From positions 1 to 64,000 of the forward strand of contig JAAOMT010000057.1 in the NCBI GenBank assembly GCA_016748015.1: a stretch of 64,000 nucleotides of DNA. Direction: 5' to 3'. The position numbers were made by a program, and so were the translations under genes. Positions 24,496 through 34,455 of the stretch are shown piece after piece (the first letter of the stretch is position 1; each line of letters opens with the position of its first letter). The notes beneath the pieces are model-generated. The model was not told where the DNA came from, ran no database searches, and was given only the letters and a program-made list of their open reading frames with translations. The stretch comes from Geosiphon pyriformis uo1 (taxonomy: Eukaryota; Fungi; Glomeromycota).

Positions 24496-25320
24496 TGTTA
24501 CAGATGATTATTTAGAGTCTTAAATCAAATAACAAATCTATAACTTGGTGCTCAATAACTTGACAAGACTGGTGACACTAGTACATTGGTTGTATCTGAA
24601 GGTTTTAGAGTTGAGTCTTTTGTATAATGAACAGAGATTTAATTGATGATTTTATCCGTAGCTTCCTGAAACTGCAGTTTCATCAAATTTTTTTCTCAGT
24701 GTGGTGGCCAGTAATCTTCCTGGTAAGCTATTCTCAAATCTATGAGTGTTCTACCCTTGTTTCACAGGTCTTTTACCAGTCCCTATGATGTCTGTATCTC
24801 AGTGCTTAATCTTTAATCACTTTTAGTAAAACCAAAAAAATAACAAAAGAAATAAAAGAAAATAAAAGAAAATAAAGAAATTAACAAAAAGCAATTGCAA
24901 ATTAGTATTCTGTCAATAGCTGTGATCAAGAGCTATTGTTCCAGTGTGGTTAAGTATCAATTACTATTAACATGAAGTGTTGATAGTAAAGAGTGAATTA
25001 AGATAGTGAATAATTATTTATTGATATTTGTGATTTGGAAAGTTGCTTAAATAAAATCTAAATGGAGAGGTCTTCTAACTAAGGATTCTTCTTTTTCTAC
25101 TTCTAATGCTACCACTATATATACATAATTGATGTTCTATAAGATCACTCATATTTTTAAGTAATGTGCTATGATTTCTTAAGCAATGCTCATATTGCTG
25201 AGCAATGTATTCTAATTTTCTGACATTGCTTCACATTGCTGAGCAATGTATTCACGTACTAAATACTATTTTCTTATTGGTCTGCTATTTTTTATATCTG
25301 TTTTTTTTTTATGAGTAACA
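24496..25320 (-). repeat. 3' LTR of the Gypsy element
   Basis: TGTTACAGAT...GAGTAACA, a direct repeat of 33632-34455. The polypurine tract AAAAGGAGGAGATAA is adjacent (25321-25335, minus strand). Confidence 0.95.
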
Positions 25321-26029
25321 TTATCTCCTCCTTTTAATATTGAACTTCATTAAAATCTTCGTTTTGAATTAATTCTAATACTTTTTTTTCAAGTATTGTT
25401 TGTTTAACTCTGTTCTTCACTTTTTCTACTTGTGTATTGTTCATTCTTCCCTATTGGTTAATAGTTATGGTTTCCATGTCAAAGTATAATAGTATTTCTG
25501 AATAGTTCTGAAATATGTTGTGCAGTCAATAAATTGTTCTCACATGTAGTGTCAAGTTCGTCTTTTTTCTGATAAATTCTTCAATTTGCTGTATTATGTT
25601 TTGGTTAAATACTCTCTTGGATTTGTTGATATACAACTTCTGAATATTCAACTTTCGACCTAATTGGTAGTAACAATATAATATTGGAAGTTGTTCTGTC
25701 TATTGCTTCCAATTCTTTTTGTAAGTTCTTCTGTTGGTGCCATAATAAGTATTCTCCCAAAAGTGTTCTTTACTTTTTCTATTATGTTATCTGACCAGTT
25801 TTTATTATTTTTTGGTAACTGCTGATATGGTATATTCTTTGTCTTTCTTTTGGTGTTTCAATAGCAAATTGTTTGGTTGTTAACAATAATTTTCATGTCT
25901 AATGGTTGTTGACTTATGGCCTGGAATAATTGTTGAGCTATGGCATGAATATAATCTGGTATTTTCATTTTTTTTGGTTGCCTTTGTTGCGTATACTGTG
26001 TTTTTATATACTTTTTTATTTGTTTAATT

Positions 26030-27379
26030 TTACGTGTTTGGTTCAATAATTATGATTGGTTCCAGATCTTGTGGAATTTCATCTGGTTGGACTAGTATTC
26101 ATTGTACTCCTAATTGTGGAATGTTATTGGTGAATAATGGTGCTATTTGGTGATATGGTTTTAGTCAATCACCATGTGCTGCTTTGGCTAAGATTTTGTT
26201 GTCTCATCTTAGTTTATAAGCTTCATTTCCAAGAATTTCTTTTATGTAAAATGGTCCATCTTATTTGGGATCAAATTTTCCACTCCATTGTTTTTCCACT
26301 TTGGTATGATATAGAAGTACTTTGTCTTCAATCTTGAATTCAACTGGTTTATTTGGTAATTGGTTATCATGCCGTTTTTTTTGCTTTTTTTGAGACTTTT
26401 GAATGTTATCAGCTGCTTTTTGTTGTCTGTTTTCTAGTGTTTCTATTAGGTCATATGTTCTTCTTAACAATGTTTTTTGGAAATTAGCTTCTGTTATTGG
26501 TTCCGTTGGATATGTGCTGACCTCTCTCTCAACTGGTAATGTTGCTGTCTTACTATATACCAATTCAAATAGTGTTGCTTGTGTAGTGTCTTGTCTTATT
26601 GTCTAATAAGCAAATAATACTGATGGTATAAACAAATCCCATTCATCTTTGTTTTTTTGACTGATTTTGGCGATTACTTTACACAGTGTTCTGTTAAACC
26701 TTTCGACTAGTCTATTTGTTTATGAATGATATGGTGATAATAATGGTCTTTTTATCCTAAATCTCTGACTTAATTCTGTTAATGTTCTATTTACAAAGGG
26801 AGTTTCTTGATCTGATAATAATTCTTTTGGACATCCATGTTAACAAATCAAATCTTGATGAATGAATTTGGCAACAGATTCTGCATCTGCTCTTTGAATG
26901 GCTTTTGCTTCTGGCCATTTTGTGAGATAGTTCATAGCTACTGCAATATATCTGTTGCCTCTGTTGGTGATTGTTAATGGTCTAACTAAGTTGATTCCAA
27001 TGTAATCAAATGGTTTGCTGGGTTTTGTTCCTCCTTTTCTTTGACAAGCATCACAACTTTAAACATATTAAATGATGTTTGAATACATTGATGGCCAATA
27101 GTATCTTCTTCTGGTTTTTTCTATGGTTGTTTTTTTATAAAAATGTCCTGCTGTTGAATCTGAGTGCATGTTAAACAATATTGTTTCTTTTTCTGATTCT
27201 GTAATTACTCTGGTTGGTTGGTCTGGATTTCTTCTGTTTTTCTGGTAAAGTATATTTTGATGATTGATAAAATATTTTGATTGCTGTTTTATGTTGTTTT
27301 GTTTTTTTTGAGATAATTTCTCCTTGAATGATTGAGTATTTATATAATGCTGGAGTTGTTGATATTTTTGTGTGTTCAT
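26030..27379 (-). pseudogene. Gypsy integrase (decayed)
   Basis: HHCC zinc finger (MHSDSTAGHF..RYYWPSM..CDACQ), a core domain and a GPF module near 26255. Confidence 0.85.
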
Positions 27380-27449
27380 CTTTTGTTATATTTTTGGGTT
27401 GAAATGTTTTTAGATTTGTCTTATTCACAACAATCCATTGGCATTTCCA

Positions 27450-28700
27450 TTGTTTTTTCTCTTTTTATAATGTACCATATAATTGAATGGTAAAAGTTCT
27501 ATTTTCTATTTGACATGGCAATCATCTGCAAATTTTTGTTTCTGGATTGAAGTCAATCCTTTGTGATCCATATATATTTCAAACTTTTGGCTCAAGTATT
27601 CTCTCTATTTGATAACAGCCCAATAGATTGCTAAGTGTTCCAGTGCTGGAGTTCCATAGTTCTTTTTTGCTGGGCTTAAATTTCTACTGGCATAAGTTAC
27701 TGGATGCTCTTTTCCATTGGGTCTTTTCTGTGATAGTACTACTCCCAATGCTTAACCTGATGCATTGGTGGTAATTATGAATGGTTTGCTGTGATCTGAA
27801 TACATTAATATTGGAGCTTGGATAAGCTTTTTTCTTAATGTGTCAAATGCTTCTTGTTGAGCTTTGATCCATTCATACTTCACATTTTTGGTCTGTAGAT
27901 GGTGAAGTGGCTGAGCCAGTTTTGAAAAGTCTTTGATAAAATGGCAATAATAGTCTGTAAAATCTAAAAATACTCTTAGTTCTGTCAAGTTGATTGGTAC
28001 CAGAAAGTTCTTAACTACTTCAATCTTGTCTGGATTTATTTTAATTCCATTTTTGCTCACTACATGTCCCAAAAACTTGAGTTCAGTTTTTTCAAAGAAA
28101 CATTTGGTTGCATTTAGTTTTAATTCTGCTCTTCTCAACCTTTCGAATACTTGTTGGAAATAATGTAAATGATTATCAAATGTTTTTGAAAACACATTGG
28201 TGTTATCCAAGTATACAACTACTGATTTCCATAATAATTCAGTATAGACAATTTTCATGAGTTATTGGAATGTTGCTGGAGCATTTATCAAGCCAAATGG
28301 CATGACTTCAAACTCAAAATTTCCTTCTCTTGTGGTGAATACTATTTTTTCTTTGTTAGCTGGATCCATGGCTACTTGCCAGTAACCACTATCTAAGTCC
28401 AGTATTAAGAACCATTTATTTCCTCCAAAAGCATCGAATAGTTTTTGGATCTTTGGAGTTGGATAGCTATCACCTTTTGTTACTCCATTCAGTTTCCGAT
28501 AGTCTACACAAAAATGGATTTTTTTATTTTTCTTATGGACCAGTACTACTGGTGACAACCATGGACTTATTGATGGCTGAATTAGCCTATTGTTAAGCAT
28601 TCAGTTGATTTCTTAATGAATGATTTTATGGCTAGCAGGTAGTACTCTGTATGCTCTTTGTTTAATTGGCATTGTATTTCCAGTCTTGATCTGATGCTAG
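27450..28700 (-). pseudogene. Gypsy reverse transcriptase and RNase H (decayed)
   Basis: PSISPWLSPVVLVHKK, LDLDSGYWQV, VYLDN, KFLGHVVS, FIITTNASG and EHLAIYWAV. Confidence 0.9.
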
Positions 28701-29127
28701 ATGATGTTGATTCAGCCAAATTTATTTTTGCTAACAAAAATGTCATTAAAATTGTTGAGTAACATCTTGAGTTGCATCCATTGAAGTGGATCTAGATTCC
28801 CCATGTTCATCTGTTCCAATTGTTCTGATTGGAGCAAGTAATATTCACTATGTCCATATATTGTTTGTGATGTGATGTCAACATATCCACAAAGCTGTGA
28901 AAAGTCTGAAATGTGATTTGGTAATTGATCCTCAACTTCAGTGGTCAAATATTCAATAATAGTTCTCTTTGGTATTTCAATAACACTTCCAGTTGTGTTG
29001 TAGATAGAAATTTTGATGTTTTTGGGGCTTTTGGCTAATATGTAAAGATTAGTGAGTCCAATCTCTCCTGATTTGCAAATAGTGACTTCTGCTTTAAACA
29101 ACTGAGCCTGATTCTTTACTTCTCTTT

Positions 29128-29634
29128 TTATATGTAACATATACTAGTTATATGGTGGAATGAAATTAATTGACAGTTTGAGATAATTTCTCTTTTGTCA
29201 ATAACCTCTTCCTCTATTATATTAACTGGTATGTTTATTCTACCCATTGATCCAAATCCCTGTATCTTTTTAGCAGTAATCCCTAATTCTTCCCTGTTTC
29301 TCACTGACACTAATTGAGCTATTTTTACCAAAGATAGGAATATTGCTTGTGCTATCTTTTCATTTGGCTCTATGATATAGGCCTTTTCAAAGTCATTTTG
29401 TAGCATAGCAATGATATTTCTCACATACCTTGCATTAATTATTCCTTCTCTGATGTTGATTCCCTTTTTTGCTAGGCTACTCCCAAATGCTAATTGAACC
29501 ATAGTTGTTGCTGGAATTTCCAGAGCTATTTTGAGATCAATACATATGCACAAATTTGGTTCCAATTTAATGGCTTTTTTTTCTGGATATCTCAGATCAA
29601 ACTCTGTGTTGGTATCATGCACACATTCTGGCAT
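29128..29634 (-). pseudogene. dUTPase domain within the Gypsy pol
   Basis: Decayed trimeric-dUTPase motifs: EFDL (AGFDL), GSSLA (RSSLA), GIINARYVRNI (GIIDAGYxG), EKIAQAIF, and TAKKIQGFGSMG (RGxxGFGSTG). Confidence 0.88.
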
Positions 29635-32600
29635 GATACCTTTATCATTGTTACTATACTATTTGAGTTCCTGCTCTTTAGATAGATTAGGAAGTGCAAT
29701 ATATATTTTGGGATTTGAATCAGAATCTGAATTGCTGATATTTTCGTTGTTATTTTGAGCAGAGCTAGAACTGGTGTTTTCATTATCATCATTGTCGGAG
29801 TTTGAATTGGGATCAAAAACTGATTTTAATTCCAATGTGCAGCTGCTGATTGGTTCTTTTTCCTCTGGAATCGTGTAGATTATGTACGGTGGTGAATTGT
29901 AAATGAGATCACACTCATTACAATATTGAAAGTCACATAGAATCAAACAGTGGTCACATAGTCGAGTGTTTAACTGTACTAACCACTCTTCCTGTTCTTC
30001 TCTTGTGAGTGCTAATTGCTGGTAGTGTTCATGGAATTCTTCCGGGTTATTCTCAATGTTGCCAAAAATGTCAAAAATTTAGATGTATTTGGGTTTAAGA
30101 AGAGATAAAAGATTGTTCTTTATTTCCAGTAATTTGCTGGTTGTTGCACCTTCTGCTTTTGTATATGCCATTCTCTAAAGTTCATGTTTATTGTGGAGAT
30201 ATCTTTCCAATCATTGTAATGCTTTTTTCTATGTGTCATCGATTAGTGTTCTCTTGCATACCTAGTTGTTTATCAAGATGATGTACTAACATGTCTCATT
30301 GCACATTCCTCTTTGCCCAGGAATGTCATTCCACATTTCTTTGTCAGACAAGATTGTTCCACATACAAGACATGATTGGTTGTCCTACTTTCTTTGTCAT
30401 TTTAGTTGTCCAAAGCACTTTATAACACATGGGCGGCAGTAAAATCTGGTGGCAGTGGAGTATTCTTCATTATCGCCACAGCATGTGCCCATTGATGACA
30501 GTTTCTTGCCACAATTGATGCATATAAGCTTTGGTCAATAATAGTTGGTTGGTTGTAGTGGTGGGTGAGTATAAGTGGTATGGCTGTCTGTGAATGTTGA
30601 TTCTTTTTCTTTTGTTTTTTCCTTCCCTTTTTCATTTTTATTCTCTTCCTACTCCCAATTTATCACTTCCTCTTGGTCTTTATTGGTTTCTCAGTTGTTG
30701 TTGATGTCTTAGATAAGTTCAGTTTCCTTTTGTTTCTCTTTTTCTTGGTCATCTCATGATATTATTGGCAGCAGTTCATTGTGGTCTTTGTCAGCCCACG
30801 AGACTTGGTAGGCTTCCCAGGTAGGTTTTTTTTTCTCCTCTTCAAACTCAATTAGGGGTGTTGTTGGGTTGGTCATCTTGAAGTGGCCACATGTGGCTGG
30901 TACCCATATGTGTTGACCGTTCTGACTGAGAGCCAGTTTTTGAGTCATCCAGTCAAGTACAGTGTTGGTTTTGGACAACCAGTCATTGCCAATGAGTGCC
31001 TAATATTGTGTTGCTTTCATCATGAAAACTTTGATGGGTGTAATGATGCCATTGATTTCAATCAGTAAATTTTCAATTTTGCTGATTGGAGTTTTGGTTG
31101 CTCTATCAGCTGTGATGATGCGTGCAATGGCAGCTCAATCAACTTGGCGACCTAATTGGTCTATGAGTTGTTTTGTGATAATGCTGCCAGCTAATCCACT
31201 ATCTAATATTAGTTTGATAGACTGACCATCAACTTTGGCATCCATGTACATGGCAGTAATGGGTTTCTCCTCAAAGGCAGCTCCACTAAATAAAGGAGTT
31301 ACTAATGGTTCTTTAAGTTCAAATGGGAAGATCGCAGCTAACAATTTGTTGTGGAAGATAGTTGTGAGTAGAATGTTGTTGGTAAGTGTCCTTTGGTTGA
31401 TTTTCTGTGTACTGGGTGCAGCATCTTCTGGGCTAACCAAAAGACTTAAGTAGTTCTAAGAACTCAAGTTTTGGTTATACCCGGTTTTTGAACTCTACTG
31501 GCATGATCCTGATGGTTAATTTGATAAACTGGGAATTGGTTGGTGAACCACTATCGCCAATCTTCAGTTTTGGGTTACTCTGGATCTGGGGTTTTCTAAT
31601 GTTATTTGAACTGGGTTGAATGGTGGTGTTTGAACTACAAGTGCCTAATAAATTATTTGTGGTTGCAGTGGTTGATACATTACTGGTGGCTGTGGTTGAT
31701 AGACTAGAGGTTAATATATGGGTGGTTAATATATTGGCTGTTGTGTTATTGGCAGGTAAGTCGGTTGATATGGTGCTGAGTTGGATTGGTAATTTGGAGT
31801 TAGGAACCAGCAATCGGGATTTTGATATTGATTTCCTAATTGTTGATTATCTATTCTTAACCTACAGTCAATTCTTAAATGCCCTTGTTTACCACAGTAG
31901 TGGCAAACATGCATCTCCTGCTGTTACTGCTGATTGGTCAAAGATGATATGCACAACTGATTCTAGAAACAATTCGCGTTTCCTTGATTATTGTGTCATT
32001 GTGGAGGTTGATAGATTGTCTGATTGTTAGCTAAGTATTCCTCTAATTTTTGGTTGATGAACTTACTGAATTGTTTTAACTTGGAATCCAATTCAGATGA
32101 TCCATTCATCATTAGATTGACAGCTTGGACATGGTTAGCTTCGAGTTCAGCTGCTTCAAAATCTTTGGCATTGGTAACTGCAGCTTGAAGATCTGTTGGA
32201 TGCATTGGATGTATGTGTTGGAGAATACTACTATGCAGACCTCTAATAAATTGGTTTAGAATTTGTGGCACTGTGAAATAGTCAGTCTGGATTGCTTGAA
32301 TTTGGCACAGATTCCTGTGGAAGCATCCTAAATAAGTAGTGACTGCTTCATTTTCTCCTTGTTTGATAGTGGTGAAAGTGTTTGCTAGTCAATTAATACT
32401 ATTATTATTGTTGAAGTATTGTAGGAATGCAAGCTTGAATGCATTATAATCCTGGAGTTTGTTAGTTAAGCTTTGATACCATGAGTCAGCAGTATCCTGA
32501 AGAAAATAAAGAAGGTCTACATGGCTCTGGCATCATTCCATCTATTGGCTGCAATGGCTTTTTCCGCTATACTTAGGCATCATCCTCTTTGCTGGTGAAT

Positions 32601-33613
32601 TTTTCAATTTTGGCAATAGGAGCATATGCCATTGGCACTACAATGTGTTATTGTGGTGGTTGAAGTGGCTGTGGTTGAATTAGTTTAATAATCAGTTCAA
32701 TTGGTGGTTGATTTATGATGATATTTGGAGGTAAGTTTGGTTGATTGATTAAATCAGAGTTTAGAATATTCTGATTCTGCAGTGTTTAAATATTCTCGAT
32801 TTTCAGATTTTTTTGATTTGTATTTTTCGGAGTTTGAACGTTCAGGATTTTAACTTCTGGGTTTTCTGGAATTGGGTTCTGGTAAGTAAATTCTTGATCT
32901 TCAGATTCTCTTTCTTCTTCCAATTCTGATGTTTCCTACAGATTGGCTATTCCAAAATCTGGTGGAGGTGGTAGTGATCGGATTTCTGATGGCGTTGATA
33001 TTTGCGATTGAAATCCTTTAAAATATTCACCATATGGGCCTAGTAATTCTGTTTTCTTTTGTTTACTTTGGAATAAAAATTGTCTAAATGTTGATGTTGT
33101 ATTTGATGTGGACACATTTGGTAATGTGATACAGATGGCGCTTCCAGAAGTATAATGATATGATGAATTTATAGGTGATTCAACTCTGTGTTTCTTCTAA
33201 GTAAGTAGTTGGATCCGTTGAGGTGTTACTGTTGGTGTTTGTAGTTTTTCTTTGCCTTTACTTAAGTAGGTGATTGGGTATCTTTGTTGTGTGTGATGTT
33301 CAATTTTTTTGTTAATCTCAGTGATAATAAATGTAAAATTATGATTTGTTGATAAGCTGGTGTTTTGTATTAATTTGTGGTAGAAAGTTCTCTTGCTGAT
33401 TCAGTGTTTACTGGTGTTCTTAATAAATAAGCAATTTTCTCATTGATGTAGAAATTGAAGGCTGATTCTACTGATATATGATTGTGATTTAATCCCAAGT
33501 GTTAACAGTAATGTTGAAATAAGGATTTTACAAATCCTAAATGGTTTGCTCCTATATTTTCTGATTCTGCCACTGTTGATTAGTTGTTAATGCTGGTTTT
33601 CTGTAGGATTATA

Positions 33614-33630
33614 CCTCACAGGGAGCACCA
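33614..33630 (-). promoter_or_regulatory. tRNA primer-binding site TGGTGCTCCCTGTGAGG
   Basis: Starts 1 nt inside the 5' LTR boundary and is complementary to a tRNA 3' end ..CCUCACAGGGAGCACCA. Confidence 0.8.
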
Positions 33631-33631
33631 A

Positions 33632-34455
33632 TGTTACAGATAATTATTTAGGGTCTCAAATCAAATAACAAATCCATAACTTGGTGCTTAATAACTTAAC
33701 AAGGCTGGTGACACTAGTACATTGGTTGTATCTGAAGGTTTTAAAGTTGAGTTTTTTGTATAATAAACAGAGATTTAATTGATAGTTTTATCTATAGCTT
33801 TCCAAAACTGCAGTTTCATCAAATTTTTTTTCAGCATGATGGCCAGTAATCTTCTTGGTAAGCTATCCTCAAATCTATAAGTGTTTTACCCTTGTTTCAC
33901 AGGTCTTTTACCAGTCCCTATGATGTCTGTATTTCAATACTTAATTCTTAATCAATTTTAGTAAAACCAAAGAAATAACAAAAAAAATAAAAGAAAATAA
34001 AAGAAGATAAAGAAATTAACAAAAAGCAATTACAAGTTAGTATTCTGTCAATAGTTGTGATCAAGAGCTATTATTCTAGTGTAGTTAAGTATCAATTACT
34101 ATTAATATGAAGTATTAATAGTAGAGAGTGGATTGAGATAGTGAATAATTATTTATTAATATTTGTGATTTGGAAAGTTGCTTAGATAAAATCTAAACAG
34201 AGAGATCTTCTAACTAAGGATTTTTCTTTTTCTACTTCTAATGTTACCACTATATATACATAATTGATGTTCTACAAGATCACTAACATTTCTGAGCAAT
34301 GTGCTATGATTTCTTGAGCAATGTTCATATTGCTGAGTGATGTGCTCTAATTTTCTGACATTGCTCCACATTGCTGAGCAATGTGCTTATGTGCTAAATA
34401 CTATTCTCTTATTGGTCTGCTATTTTCTATATCTGTTTTTTTTTTATGAGTAACA
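33632..34455 (-). repeat. 5' LTR of the Gypsy element
   Basis: Direct repeat of 24496-25320, followed on the minus strand by the PBS. Confidence 0.95.

Larger units (their letters stand above)
24496..34455 (-). mobile_element. Full-length decayed Ty3/Gypsy LTR retrotransposon: gag(CCHC)-PR-Cys-rich-dUTPase-RT-RH-IN
   Basis: Paired ~825-bp LTRs with TG..CA ends. Knuckle CHYCGKQGHLRIDC, protease LILDSGLAGS, RT FCVDYRKLN/MPFGL/YLDN, and integrase after RNase H (Gypsy order). PBS and PPT are present. Confidence 0.95.

Noticed and set aside
25175-25255. CRISPR-like repeats (TTGCTGAGCAATGT) in the LTRs
   Set aside because: They are short, irregular LTR-internal repeats in a eukaryotic context with no cas genes.
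29140-29175. Programmed frameshift after the dUTPase
   Set aside because: There is a single frame change with no slippery heptamer. A 1-bp deletion in a dead copy is simpler.
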